Of a stretch of 64,000 nucleotides of DNA, positions 45,400-59,690 are shown piece after piece. Each line of letters starts with the position of its first letter. The first letter of the stretch is position 1. This stretch comes from Eledone cirrhosa (taxonomy: Eukaryota). Position numbers and translations under genes: made by a program. The DNA is taken from NCBI GenBank assembly GCA_964016885.1, contig OZ024746.1, positions 15,500,001 through 15,564,000 on the forward strand, in the 5' to 3' direction. The notes beneath the pieces are model-generated. The model saw nothing but the letters and a program-made list of their open reading frames with translations. It had not been told where the DNA came from and did no database searches.

Positions 45400-46540
45400 A
45401 AGTTCACTCGCCTGCAATCTGGTTCGCTCACCTACAATCAGTCATGTTAATACCTTGCTATATCTTTTTACACGCTTCTCTTCAACCAAGATAGCTCCGT
45501 ATGTAACATTTCCAACTGAATACATTCAACACAAATCTTCCCATAACTTCACTTTCCTTTCCACCTGTCTTACCACCAAGTACACAGAATTGTCAAATAT
45601 GAAAATCTCTTCGATCAACACAAGGCGATGCTATCGATGGTTACCAATTAGAGTTAGTTCTTGTTCTCTATAAACTTTACAATCCTTTTTTTCCTATTTA
45701 TGAGTTGGTATATGTCATTTCTAACATCTCTCACCCTATCAACTGTCACTCGAAGATATATATATATATATATATACATATCATAAGTCGCACATGAAGC
45801 AGTCTTAAACACCCTCCTTCATCTCGGGTATCTTTCTAACATGATTTCTATACAATACCCTATAGCGATCTATTGTGATTGAAAAACTTCGGGAAAAACA
45901 ACGTTGTTATCTATGATATTAGCGAATATTTTGATGATGTCTAATAGAAGAAAGTTTTCGCTAACCTACTCGCCCGAGGGCTCCACTTTTTATCTTTCTT
46001 GAAGGAAAGATTTCTTGGCATATCACTCCTGGGCAGTATGCACTGGTGAGTCTTTGTCAAGACCATATTATATCTCATGAAATGTACTCCAACGTTCGTT
46101 TATTTCACTCTCATCTTTCTATACATTTTTCTAACAGCACACACCCCTACAAAAACACTTCATCATCTATTCCTGTCCAAACAACCGCACGCAGGAATTA
46201 TCAACAAGTTATTTAGATACCCCATTCTTGATATGCTCTGATTCCACGAAAAGAAACCTCAAAGAACTTCCTTCATGAGACTTTGCCAGCCCCGACGACA
46301 CAATCTCGTTATCCATATCAAGAGAGCCATTATGGAGAATACCCTCGCCAGATTCAATCACATACCATAGGATCTGATTTCTTCTGTTCTACTGTTAATA
46401 CCACCTACTCTGCCCTTCTCCACACCTGTCTCATCTCATCTGCCACTAAAACCTTTTCTCAGTCATCTCCCACCACCACCAATGTAAGCCATTCTCTAGA
46501 AACCCTTCTATGTTCTTCTTTATTCTATATGTGTTGAGAG
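45400..46540 (+). pseudogene. Decayed CR1/Jockey-group LINE RT remnant
   Basis: GKNNVVIYDISEYFDDV* at ~45892-45945 resembles ALDISKAFDRVW; many stops. Confidence 0.5.
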
Positions 46541-46570
46541 CTTCAGTTGTTTAAACTGAGTACTAACCAC

Positions 46571-46828
46571 ATCGATCTAATTGATCTGGGAGGTCATAGA
46601 TAGAACATGGTAACTGTCAATATCGATCTAATTGACCTGGGAGGTCATACGTAAAACATGGTAACTGCCAATATCGATCTAATTGACCTGACAGGTCATA
46701 GATAGAATATGGTAACTGTCAATATCGATCTAATTGATCTGGCAGGTCATAGATAGAACATGGTAACTGTCAATATCGATCAAATTGATCTGGGAAGTCT
46801 TAAATAGAACATGATAACTGTCAATATT
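46571..46828. repeat. 51-bp minisatellite, 5 copies
   Basis: atcgatctaattgatctgggaggtcatagatagaacatggtaactgtcaat repeated. Confidence 0.95.
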
Positions 46829-47049
46829 GAAGTTGTAAATTTAATTTTACATTCACAGTCCATTCCTTGAAGCTGTCAAACTACCGGATTATCTTTCTAC
46901 AAACGTTTATTAGCCACGCCGCCAACTAAAGGAGCAGCCAATTGCGATTAAATTAGCAAACCACATTACTAAATTAAAAAATAAACACAATTTACATTAA
47001 AAAAAGAAAAATGTGGAAGAAACAGCATACACTCAATCACATGCCACAG

Positions 47050-47276
47050 GGGGTACTGTAGTTTCCCAGTGGTACTGTAGTTTCCTAGTGGTACTGTAGT
47101 TTCCCAGTGGTACTGTAGTTTCCCAGGGGTACTGTAGTTTCCCAGTGGTACTGTAGTTTCCTAGTGGTACTGTAGTTTCCCAGTGGTACTGTAGTTTCCC
47201 AGTGGTACTGTAGTTCCCTGTGGTTCTGTAGTTTTCCAGGGCTACTGTAGTTTCCCAGGGGTACTGTAGTTTCCCT
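47050..47276. repeat. 19-bp minisatellite, ~12 copies
   Basis: ggtactgtagtttcccagt repeated. Confidence 0.95.
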
Positions 47277-47289
47277 AATAATTTTTTCG

Positions 47290-47930
47290 TCAAGCCAACA
47301 CACCCGCAGCAATGATGTGTGTGATGGTGTGGTTAAGACGCTGGAATAACCAAGCATCCTTGTTGTCATCACAATGCGTCGTTAAGAGGAGCAGCCAACA
47401 ATGACAAGGACCTCGTTGTTAACAGTCCAGCTTCTCCAAACATCTCAAACGCCTGAGGTGTAAAAAAAAAATAATTATAATTTGCCGATAATTCCTGGTA
47501 TTTTATCATTTTAATCCATTCAGCCACAAATGCAGTGACCCTCACTTTTAAAGCAACATCCAGGATGTGAGAAGGAGCAAAGGAGTCGATAACTGTTGTT
47601 TCCCCAAATAAGACATCTACTCCTCACCCAGAGACAAAGGGTAAGGCCCTCTGACCTCTTCTCTCGAACCTAGACAACCTGTTTGGCTCCAGAATTGAGC
47701 GGGTGTTGACTTGAGACAGGGCTGTCTTCATAATTAGGTTTAGCTCGGCATGATGAACGAAGTGACCTGTGTTCAGATGACCCGCGGAGTCAAAGGTCTG
47801 CCACAAAGACATCGGGCCCGACTCAGTGTCTAATATAGATGTGGAGCACATCCATCGATGTCGGCCATGAGTAGAGGTAGAGCATCAACCCAATTTCTCG
47901 AGAATTTGTCAGTCAGAAAGTAAGCGGCAC
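47290..47930 (-). pseudogene. Decayed CRE-clade non-LTR retrotransposon C-terminus (restriction-like endonuclease)
   Basis: Across frames: HHAELNLIMKTALSQVNTRSILEPNRLSR...LWVRSRCLIW..TVIDSFAPSHI...KYQELSANY..PQAFEMFGEAG...WLFQRL...IAAGVLA*. Confidence 0.75.
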
Positions 47931-47982
47931 TTTAAATGTTGACCCCCCCCCCCCCCACAGACACACACACATGTATTATATA

Positions 47983-48079
<97 letters not shown>

Positions 48080-48186
48080 AATATATTACACAAAGAGAAG
48101 TGTGTTACACAATGAGATGAATGTACAGAATTATTACAAGTGAGTTTTACCGTTACTGTATAGAGAACAATATCTACAGGTTTAGT

Positions 48187-48361
48187 GGTGGATTGGCAGT
48201 ATTGGTAGAGGGTCGGACGCCATATTTGACGTTACGACCCTTGCCATTCTGAGTTCAAATTCCGCCGAGGTTAACTTTGCCTTTCATCCTTACGGGGTCG
48301 ATAAAATAAAGTACCAGTAATGCACTGGGTAATTGCTGGCCTTGTGCCAAACGTAGAAACA
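48187..48361 (+). mobile_element. Meta-type SINE with 18-bp TSD
   Basis: TSD aatatctacaggtttagt at 48169-48186 and 48362-48379. Confidence 0.9.
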
Positions 48362-49319
48362 AATATCTACAGGTTTAGTAATTAAATAGAAAAAAACCAA
48401 GTCAGAATCAAATCTCTGAATTAGAGAAGAAAATTCTCTATTCTTCTTTGAGCTAATACTATTATTATTATTACAGTGAACTGCGGAATACTCTTAATTC
48501 CGATCTTTGTATATATATATATATATTATATATATATATATATATAGAGAGAGAGGGGGGGGGGGGTTGAATGTATCTCTAGATCTTGACTAAATTAAGA
48601 ACAAATCCAAACGAATCACCACTGACCAAGTCTATAAGTAAACTTATGTAATCCTTTGAAGATAAGCTATAAGCAAACTAAAGTAGCCATCATTTGGATC
48701 GTAATGGTGAACCACCTGAGTCAATTACTCGACCTTTCCACTAAATTATGCGTAGCTCGTCGTTCTTAAAGATGGCGATCGTAATCAATGGAGCGTTCAC
48801 AAAACTAGATTACTTAGTGACAAGGATAAACAAGGAATCAATCACCCATGACTATATTAGCAAGCAGACACCGCAGCACTACATATGGTGCGACCTCGTT
48901 TGAAACGACAGCCGGTCTAATTGGCGTCTAAAACAGTCTTAAACTATATTGTAAGTATTGGCTAGAGTGAGTAGGAGGGGATAGGAGAGAGGTGTGAGGG
49001 TTTATTACTTAGAGTGGGGAGGTGGGGGGAGAGGTGAACAGGGTGGGAAGTTTGGGAAGAGAAATTTAGTAAGGTAGGAGAGGGGGGAGAGAGAAGGATA
49101 GCGGGAGAGAAAGAAAATGAGAGAGAGAATGGAGGAGAGAGAGAGAGAGGGCGGGAGAACTATAGACTGGAAGAGAGAGGGAACTAGAGAATAGAAGAGA
49201 GAGGGAAGAGAGAATGCAAGAGAGAGAGAGGGGGGGGGGGGTAGACCGGGAAAAGAGGAGAAAGAGGAAAGAAAGGAAATAGGTGCGAGAAAAGCTACAA
49301 AAGGATATCGATAGAATAT

Positions 49320-49356
49320 TAGATAGATAGATAGATAGATTTCTTTATTAGCCACA
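49320..49356 (-). mobile_element. Tx1 3' terminus on (GATA)n running into the assembly gap
   Basis: gatagatttctttattagccaca is identical to the junction at ~9975-9997. Confidence 0.75.
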
Positions 49357-49556
49357 NNNNNNNNNNNNNNNNNNNNNNNNNNNNNNNNNNNNNNNNNNNN
49401 NNNNNNNNNNNNNNNNNNNNNNNNNNNNNNNNNNNNNNNNNNNNNNNNNNNNNNNNNNNNNNNNNNNNNNNNNNNNNNNNNNNNNNNNNNNNNNNNNNNN
49501 NNNNNNNNNNNNNNNNNNNNNNNNNNNNNNNNNNNNNNNNNNNNNNNNNNNNNNNN
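49357..49556. other. Assembly gap (N run)
   Basis: 200 N, followed by ~1 kb of imperfect (TA)n. Confidence 0.99.
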
Positions 49557-49611
49557 TATATTATATATATATATATAATATATATAATATATATATAATA
49601 TATATATAATA

Positions 49612-49654
<43 letters not shown>

Positions 49655-49678
49655 ATTATATATATATTATATATATAT

Positions 49679-49877
<199 letters not shown>

Positions 49878-49890
49878 ATATATATAATAT

Positions 49891-49962
<72 letters not shown>

Positions 49963-49974
49963 TATATATAATAT

Positions 49975-50008
<34 letters not shown>

Positions 50009-50022
50009 ATATATATATATAT

Positions 50023-50070
<48 letters not shown>

Positions 50071-50481
50071 TATATATAATATTTATATAATATATATATA
50101 TATAATATATATATATATAATATATATATATATAATATATATATATATAATATATATATATAATATATATATATATAATATTTATATAATATATATATAT
50201 ATAATATATATATATATAATATATATATAATATATATATATAATATATATATATATAATATATATATAATATATATATATAATATATATATATAATATAT
50301 ATATAATATATATATATAAATAATATATATATAATATATATAATATATATATATATATATATAATATATATAATATATATATATATATATATAATATATA
50401 TATAATATATATAATATATATATAATATATATAATATATATATAATATATATAATATATATATAATATATATAATATATAT

Positions 50482-50530
<49 letters not shown>

Positions 50531-50542
50531 TATATATATATG

Positions 50543-50619
<77 letters not shown>

Positions 50620-50891
50620 AGACTGTAGGCTTCACGGGAATGGAATAGTCGAAGTTTCTGTATTAAACGAGGGCAGAAGAGTACGCCAAGCGTGACAGTG
50701 AAAACATGTTTAGTTCTGGACTTGCCAATAAATACCTTAGCAACAACTAAACAGGACGTTTATCCTCCTCCACCCCCTCCTCTTTACTAACGAAATATAG
50801 AATTTGAGGAAATATTTTATTGGACTGCTATTTGTTACGTTTAAAATAAGTACAATCCCGTCACTATTGACGTTGGTGACTTTATTACTTA

Positions 50892-51716
50892 CTAGCAGCA
50901 GTACCCAGCGTTGCCTGGGTAGGTAAAATAATATCTGCTTTGATGAAAAAGTGTTGATCTTAGCGACTGCTTCTCGATGACTCATCTATGGCCACACACA
51001 GGCCATGCGGGGAAAGGTGGTGATGACCTCTATCACTGCGAAACGCGGGTGACTGACGAAGGCTTATGCTGGGGAGGGGTGGGGTCGAATTTGAACGAAA
51101 TCGGTTGAAAAATGTGGGAGCTAGAGTCGAAAAGGCGGAAATTTGAGCGAAAAGGTGGTAATTTCGAATATTTAAGCGGCTCCCACGCCGTTCCTGAACA
51201 AGAAATATGCAAAATGTAGAGCCACTTTAAGACGTGAAATAATCAGATCTAGCGTAGTGTAAAATTTGAACAAAGTATGTTGATTAATGTGGGAGCTAGA
51301 GCCGAAAAAGTGGAAATTTGAGTCTAAAAGTGGTATTTTTTAATATTTAAGCGGCTGCCACGCCGCCCCTGAACAACAAATGCAGAATATAAAGCCATTA
51401 CAGGATGTGCAATGATAAATTCTATTTTGCTTTAAAATTTGAACGAAATCGGTGGCAAAATCTGGGAGCTAGAGCCAAAAATCTTATTTTTCGATACCTA
51501 AAAAAAGGAGACCCCCCCATCAATTCTTATCTGTAGAATGACCCCGGAATAAAAAAAAAAAAAAAACGATACGCTGATATATAGAAAACACTCCCCGATG
51601 ACTAATCTATGAGCCTGTAAAGTTTCATGAAAATCGGTCGTAAGATGTAGGCCCCTAAAGGTAATACACAGACACACAGACACACACACACATACTTAAT
51701 TTTATATATATACAGA
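50892..51716 (-). mobile_element. Complete non-autonomous Helitron
   Basis: Minus strand: A|TCtgtatatatataaaa...acccagg caacg ctgggt actgctgCTAG|T. Internal ~175-bp repeat occurs 3 times (aatttgaac...gggagctagag at ~51088, 51263, 51436). Confidence 0.85.
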
Positions 51717-51819
51717 TTGCATTACTAACGGGGAAATTCCATGGTTTATTTAGAAATAACCTTCAAGTATTAAAGATTAATATAACATTTTAAATGTTTT
51801 ATTTAGAAGTTTATATATA

Positions 51820-51861
<42 letters not shown>

Positions 51862-52001
51862 ATTAGAAAGTGAGGTTTTTTTTTACAAAATGAAAAATAA
51901 CCGACGTGTCCTACACGAGTGAAAGTATAAAGAAAAAAAGATGAAATCGAAAATGCAACTGGAGACTTATTTTTTTTTAAATATATATATTTATTTGGTT
52001 C

Positions 52002-52037
52002 CTTTACCGGTTTCGCAGTTCTTCTGCTTTTCAAAAG
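52002..52037 (-). ncRNA. Minimal HHR with U3-A8 core variant
   Basis: ctt-UUGAAAA-gcag aagaa ctgc-GAAA-ccgg-UA-aag. Confidence 0.6.
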
Positions 52038-52071
52038 TAGAGTTGAGATGGAGGGTCTGTGGTTTTTCTCA

Positions 52072-52165
<94 letters not shown>

Positions 52166-52241
52166 TTCCGGGTTGAATCGGAGGTAACCACAGTAAGTAA
52201 GGTACTGAATACATAGCAGAGTATAAATGTTTTAATATAGA

Positions 52242-52292
52242 AGAGCTTCTACAGGACTAGAACTGTTTCATTCGTGAGAAATCATCAGGAAG

Positions 52293-52296
<4 letters not shown>
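52242..52296 (-). ncRNA. Type I hammerhead ribozyme, family T (element 52162-52296)
   Basis: agagcttc-CUGAUGA-t ttc tcac gaa t-GAAA-cag ttctagtc ctg-UA-gaagctct. Confidence 0.82.
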
Positions 52297-52324
<28 letters not shown>

Positions 52325-52499
52325 GGGATAACAAGTTATCGTTTTAGGTAATCCAGTTAGAGGTTGTGAATACTCTGTACTCTGGATAGTTTTAACGTAC
52401 GGCGTTGTTTGACTCTACAAGAGGTTTCCTTAGTTAGGTAGTGAGTTTGCGAGAATTTCTATGCATGTTATTTCACTACTATATATATATATATATATA

Positions 52500-53357
52500 T
52501 GAATTAGTTTTGCGAGGTTTTTTATATGAAATCGTGTGTCGAAACAAATATTGTTATACTTGGGGAGGGTCATATTTGTGTAATATTGCCAGAATTAATA
52601 ACAGAACACACTCACTGTTTGGTTGGTTTTCGCTTCTGTGTCTTTTATATCGGTAATCAAATTTATGCGATCCTCAATGTTGCCATTGACTGACCAACGG
52701 TAAAAAATAATACAGATACAATATAGACACAAACACATATATATAGTTTATCAAAGTTCTTTCGTTGCACATCTGCAACATCGTCAGTTGTAACAACAAC
52801 ACCCAAACAAACAACACTGACCTAAGAGAAGTATAAATAAATAGATAAATAAATAAATAAATAAATACATAAACAAGCACAATAACAACAAACACATTTA
52901 AACACACACTAGTAAACATAGAACACATTAACCAATACACAGTCACCCAATCACGAACATACATCAAACAAAACACTATACACACACGCAAACGCATGCG
53001 CAAAGAAGACAAAATAAAATAAACAAACAAACAAACAAATAAATAAATATATAAACAGACTAAATAAAGATGGCGTAGAAATACAATGCAACGGGAGGAA
53101 TCTATAGCACCACTGACGATGTTGCAGATGTGCAACGAAAGAACTTTGATAAACTATATATATGTGTTTGTGTCTATATTGTATCTGTATTATTTTTGGC
53201 CGTTGGTCAGTCAATGGCAACATTGAGGACCGCATAAATTAAATTACCAATATAAAAGACACAGAAGCGAGAAGCGAAAACCAACCAAACAGTGAGTGTG
53301 TTCTGTTATTAATTCTGGCAATATTACACAAATATGACCCTCCCCAAGTATAACAAT
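52500..53357 (+). mobile_element. PLE 3'UTR-only element with inverted pLTR, related to 42018-42650
   Basis: Inverted repeat 52547-52788 vs 53112-53357; shares cgcatgcgcaaa, atggcgtag, ggaatc and atgaccctccc.aagtataacaatat with the GIY-YIG element. Confidence 0.8.
53109..53150 (+). ncRNA. Minimal type I HHR (mirror copy at ~52750-52790, minus)
   Basis: acca-CUGACGA-t-gttgca gatg tgcaac-GAAA-gaac-UU-tgat; one stem I mismatch. Confidence 0.75.
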
Positions 53358-53664
53358 ATATATATATATATGTATATATATATAAGGGAAAAAAGTGTGG
53401 GAGTTAGAAGGGAGGGAAAAGAGAGAATGAGAGAGAGGGGGCGAAGAGAGTGTATGTATATACATACAAATATATATATATATGTGTGTGTGTGTGGTGT
53501 AACCAGATATAATATATACAATATGCTGGATTTCCGTCGGAACGTGGACAATGCGTCGCCGAGAATTGATCTCACAACCTTATTCACACATGTTCATATA
53601 CCCAGACATTCACAGCAACACTAACACAAACACACATACCTTAATATCATTAATCTCCATGTCT

Positions 53665-53855
53665 CCATGAGGGCTTGGGATTGGCAGTATCGGTAGAAAG
53701 TCGGACGCCATGTTTTCTAGCATAGTTACGTCACTTTACGTTCTGAGTTCAAATCCCACCAACGTTAACTTTGCCTTTCATCCTTACGGAGTCGATAAAA
53801 TAAAGTACCAGTAATGCACTGGGTAATTGCTGGCCTTGTGCCAAAAAGTAGAAAC
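53665..53855 (+). mobile_element. Meta-type SINE with TSD
   Basis: TSD attaatctccatgtc on both sides. Confidence 0.88.
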
Positions 53856-53888
53856 AATTAATCTCCATGTCCGCTTTCCTGAAAATAT

Positions 53889-53925
<37 letters not shown>

Positions 53926-53965
53926 CAACATATATGTACATTTGGTATTACACACACATATATAT

Positions 53966-54002
<37 letters not shown>

Positions 54003-54875
54003 TCGGTGGTAGATTACTGCTAGAACCTTCACACGAACTGTTCTGGTAAATCGCATTCTAGAAAGAAAAAAAAACACTCTAAGACAAACATCGGTTATTT
54101 TTCTTTGTGTACTTTTTAGTTGCAATAGTACAGCTTCTAATGCAGCGCACTCTAACCTTTTATGTTGAAATAATAGATTTAGTAATATTTAGTGATACCT
54201 GCTTGCTTAAATACTATGTCGTATATTAATAGCATTAATATTGCAGGTATTTTTGTATTAAGATAGCGGATCTAGAATTAGCACTCGAAATATACCCAGG
54301 AATACGTTTAACCTCTAAAACACCAAAAGTGCAACTAGGGTCTTTGTTTCAGCACGCGAGTGGATATATCAACATATACAGGAATTTCTGCAGAACTAGA
54401 ACTGGTAGGCCAAGATTTATCGCTTTGGTATCAATATCCAAAATGTACTGAAGAAGATAGTACAGAGTTATTGCCCTTTACGCTCTGAGTTTAAATCCAG
54501 CCGCTGTTAACTTTGCCTTTCATCCTTACAGGGTCGTGAAATTAATGTGTATATAGTAGAGAATTCCACAGACACGTGTAACACAGTACGAGACAAGACA
54601 GAAACGTTGAATTACATGAACAACTTATTATTTGCAGCTGGGTGGACTAAAGTAAGGTGAAATAATGTGTCTTACTCAAGGACACTACTCACCGGTGGTA
54701 ATCGAACCAATAACCCTATGATCAGAATGTAGAATCAGTTGATTCACCTGTAAGATTGTAAGACATCTCGGTAAGGCAGACTTTCGGCATATTTGTACTG
54801 TGTTTACACATTTGGGGAAGGGCGAGTGTTGATTATATCGACTCCGGTACTTAGCTGGTACTTTATTTTATAAGT

Positions 54876-55122
54876 GAAGGTGTGTTTTTCAGTGGTGAGA
54901 GAATTTGATTTGCAATCATGAGGTCTAAATTCGGACCAGGCGATGCGTTATGCCCTTGAACACTTGAGCAAGACACTTTATTTTCACGTTGCTCCTTCTG
55001 CCAGGAGTTGTGACCGGTAGATAATATCAACATTGGAAATATCAATGGAAACATTGTTTCCTTGGTTTGACGAGTTCCATCCCACTCAATATGCGAATGA
55101 GGTCTGGGATCTTGTCGATCGA
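54876..55122 (+). mobile_element. CORE-type SINE nested in a minus-strand Meta-type SINE (~54810-55255)
   Basis: The host SINE is split between ctggtactttattttat and acccacggaaggatgaaaggcaaag. Confidence 0.75.
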
Positions 55123-56156
55123 TTTTAGCAACCCACGGAAGGATGAAAGGCAAAGGGGACCTCAGTGGGATCTGAACTCAGAATGTAAAGGGCTGTAACT
55201 ATTAAATCTTACAAAGGATTTTGGCTGACGCCGTATCGATTCTGACAAATCCACAGCCTTTTCTGTAAAAGATACACTAATAAAATGAAGAAGTTACCAG
55301 GTGAAGTTATGTTATGTGTCAGGCAAGAAAAACCTTCACTAAATGTCACATTATTAACTTTCTTACACAGACTACTTACTTGGATCAATGGAGCAGTACT
55401 AATGTAACAGCAAACATACACGAAGACTACAAGTTAAATTTTGTGATTGGAAAGTCAGAGGGCGGAACTTAATACAGATATTTAGTTACAGATAGACGAT
55501 TTCATTTATTTAAACATTGATTTTCTTCTTCTTTCGTACGAAAACTCAAAGCTTAAAAATGAAACTCGCTCCCCCAAATTGTAATTGATATGTGAAAAGG
55601 GGTATAAATGCTTGGCTGAAATTTAGAAGTTCAAATTAAAAGAAGGAAAATTAAACAGTGAAAAGGGAAGGTAAAGATGTATAGTGAGAAAGTCAAATAT
55701 TTATATTCGAGTACTTTTAGAGGGTTTTGTTGGTTTTATTACATGACTTTCTGCTTTGTAAATAGATATATGTTTATGGGATGTTAAACAATATAGGATT
55801 GCATGCTTTTCGTTTGTAACTATCTCTTTATATGGGAAACTGTGTTTCATTATATCATCTAGATTTACATAAGCAGGGAGACGACGACGGGTGACCTTAG
55901 TGCCTTGAAGTAAGCGAAAATATGTCTGTCTGTCCCTCTCTCTCTCTGTCTGTGCGTGTGTATGTATGTAGACACACACACACACACATACACACACATA
56001 TATAAATATATAATTGTTTATCGCTTTGCTTTGTTTTAGTTGATTTGTTAATTTTCCTAAGTTTATTATTACTAATCTGTGACATACGTGTTCTCCCTTC
56101 TCCCCAATAATCTCAATGATATATATACATGTATACATATATACATATATATATAA

Positions 56157-56260
<104 letters not shown>

Positions 56261-56273
56261 GTGTGTGTGTATG

Positions 56274-56331
<58 letters not shown>

Positions 56332-56334
<3 letters not shown>

Positions 56335-56542
56335 CGAAGGAAATGTGGTAAGGAACCAGGTGGACCATAACGCACCAAAGTACTCAATACTTAGGGTAGT
56401 AGAGTGGGTAATAGGAACGAGTAGGACCCCGACGGCTGAGCTCAAGCCGTTTCGACGGCCAATTCTGGACTAAAAACATACCCTAAGTATTGAGTACTTT
56501 TTTGCGTTATGGTCCACCTGGTTCCTTACCACATTTCCTTCG

Positions 56543-56544
<2 letters not shown>
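56332..56544 (-). mobile_element. Fold-back family E element
   Basis: Near-identical to 37842-37980, with an inverted 3' tip at 56479-56544. A 5'-truncated CORE SINE follows at 56583-56730. Confidence 0.82.
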
Positions 56545-56584
<40 letters not shown>

Positions 56585-56861
56585 CGGGCGATGCGTTATG
56601 TCCTTGAGCAAGACACTTTATTTCACGTTGCTCCTTCTACCTGGAGTTGCGACCGATAGATAGTACTAGCAACTGGAAAGACCAACGGAAACATTGTTTC
56701 CTCGGTCCGATTTGACGAAAGTCGATCGATTAAAAAAAAATATATATATATACATGTGAAAATATATACATGTATAAATATATACACATATATATATATA
56801 TATACATGTGTATGTATATATATATATACATGTATATATTTATACATGTATATTTATATAT

Positions 56862-56892
<31 letters not shown>

Positions 56893-56910
56893 ACACATAT
56901 ATATATACAC

Positions 56911-56946
<36 letters not shown>

Positions 56947-57334
56947 TAGTATATATATAATATATTTATACGCGCACACGCACACTCAGACGGACTAACA
57001 CACATACACACATACACACACATACACACACATATATATACGAGAGAGATAGAGAGATTAAGCCTAGATACCGCACAGTAAGGTCGTAACCCGAACACCA
57101 TAGTTGGAATACGTGACCCCAACTTTAAGTGACCCCAACTTTAAGGCCCACGTTCTACCATATTAAGTGACCCCAACTTTAAGGCCCACGTCAACCTGTT
57201 GCCAGTAGATCTTCATAGAACACATTGTGACTGATTCGGTTTTATTGTTTCGGATTTATTCTGCTGTCATATCTTTAGTTAACGTTTCGGATGACTAAGC
57301 GTTTGTCAGTAAATAAAGTTTCAAGTGTGGCACT

Positions 57335-58617
57335 GGATGTATGTATGTGCGTGTGTGTGTAGATATATGATAGTGCATATGTGTGTGTGCGTGGATGTAT
57401 GATAGTGCATATATGCGTGTGCGTGTGTGGATATATGATAGTGCATATGTGTGTGTGCGTGGATGTATGATAGTGCATATGTGTGCGTGTGTGTGTAGAT
57501 ATATGATAGTGCATATGTGTGTGTGCATGGATGTATGATAGTGCATATATGTGCGTGTGTGTAGGTATATGATAGTGTATATGTGTGTGCGTGGATGTAT
57601 GATAGTGCATATATGCGTGCGTGTGTGTGTAGATATATGATAGTGCATATGTGTGTGTGCGTGGATGTATGATAGTGCATATATGTGCGTGTGCGTGTAG
57701 ATATATGATAGTGCATATGTGTGTGCGTGGATGTATGATAGTGCATATATGTGCGTGTGTGTGTAGATATATGATAGTGCATATGTGTGTGTGCGTGGAT
57801 GTATGATAGTGCATATATGTGCGTGTGTGTGTGTAGATATATGATAGTGCATATGTGTATACGTGGATGTATGATAGTGCATATATGTGTGTGTGCGTGT
57901 AGATATATGATAGTGCATATGTGTGTGTGCGTGGATGTATGATAGTGCATATATGTGCGTGTGTGTGTAGATATATGATAGTGCATATGTGTGTGTGCGT
58001 GGATGTATGATAGTGCATATATGCGTGCGTGTGTGTGTAGATATATGATAGTGCATATGTGTGTGTACGTGGATGTATGATAGTGCATATATGTGCGTGT
58101 GTGTGTAGATATATGATAGTGCATATGTGTGTGCGCGTGGATGTATGATAGTGCATATATGTGCGTGTGTGTGTAGATATATGATAGTGCATATGTGTGT
58201 GTGGATGTATGATAGTGCATATATGTGCGTGTGTGTGTAGATATATGATAGTACATATGTGTGTACGTGGATGTATGATAGTGCATATATGTGCGTGTGT
58301 GTGTGTAGATATATGATAGTGCATATGTGTGTGCGTGGATGTATGATAGTGCGTATATGTGCGTGTGTGTGTAGATATATGATAGTGCATATGTGTATAC
58401 GTGGATGTATGATAGTGCATATATGCGTGTGCGTGTGTGGATATATGATAGTGCATATGTGTGTGTGCGTGGATGTATGATAGTGCATATGTGTGTGCGT
58501 GTGTGGATATACGATAGTGCATATGTGTGTGTGTGGATATACGATAGTGCATATGTGTGTGCGTGGATGTATGATAGTGCATATGTGTGTGCGTGGATTT
58601 ATGATAGTGCATATGTG
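57335..58617. repeat. Dimeric microsatellite-derived satellite (~65-bp higher-order unit)
   Basis: Alternating gtggatgtatgatagtgcatata.. and gtagatatatgatagtgcatatg.. subunits with variable (GT)n spacers. Confidence 0.92.
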
Positions 58618-58830
58618 ATTAGAATTTGTTTCAAAGACATGTTAAGAAAAGGAGGAAGATGATCAAGTAGACAAAACATAAAATCAAAGACATTCCAACT
58701 ATGGACATCTCACAGTAAATATAGAGCTATATCTTTAAGATGGTAGAGTGTAATTTGACAGAGATTCGACTGCTATTTCCAGCAAATAGAGAAAATATGT
58801 AGAAGCTCATGTTTGGAATTAGTGTGTGTA

Positions 58831-58908
<78 letters not shown>

Positions 58909-59440
58909 AGTGTGTGAGTGAGAGGGGGAGAGCGAGAACTAAAGTCCGTAGGAGACGAGAGAATTAAGTGGGACACTGTTTCATTGGAAAGGTATTAATC
59001 ACTCGTGGTGTTGAGATCATACTGTACTAAACAGACTTATCTCTACTAAACTAAGGTAATATGAACTAACTGGAGTAAAGTTCCATAGTTAAAGACACAA
59101 TGTGTGATAAAAACTAAAAACTACGGCCGTCACTTGCAATTGAGAGTGACTTGGTAGTATGTACCATACTTTTACTAAAGGATTTTTTATGAGCTCATTC
59201 AGTTGCGAGCAGACATCTTGATTCTCCTTACTTAGATGAAGCGGTGTATCCAGGCTGTGACAGTTTAATGGAGAGCTGGCTGCATCCAACAAAAGGATAA
59301 AAGGCAAAGTAGTGAGCCTTGGTGGAATTTGAACCCAGAGCAGAAAGCTGGAAGACAAATCCAACGCTCTAACGACTTCGGACATAACGTATGGTCTACA
59401 TTATAGGAACCTATAACACTACATGCACCCTCACTTTAGT

Positions 59441-59690
59441 GAAGGTGTATGGCTTAGTGGTTAGATAATTAGATATGGAATCGCGAGGTTGCGAGTTCGA
59501 TTCCTGGACTGGGCAATGCATTATGTCCTTGAGCAAAACTTTATTTTACATTGCTCTTTCTGCCAGCAGTTGCGACCAGTAGATAGTATTGGCCATCGAA
59601 AGACCAATGAAAACATTGTTTCTTTGGTCTGATTTGATGAGGTCTACCCCACTTGATAAGCGAATGAAGTCTGGGATCTTGTCAATCATT
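59441..59690 (+). mobile_element. CORE-type SINE, full length
   Basis: tggcttagtgg, gagttcgattcc, ttatgtccttgagcaa. Confidence 0.85.

Noticed and set aside
46571-47276. Regular repeats resembling CRISPR arrays (also 57335 and 63049)
   Set aside because: No unique spacers, no cas genes, eukaryotic context; these are plain minisatellites.
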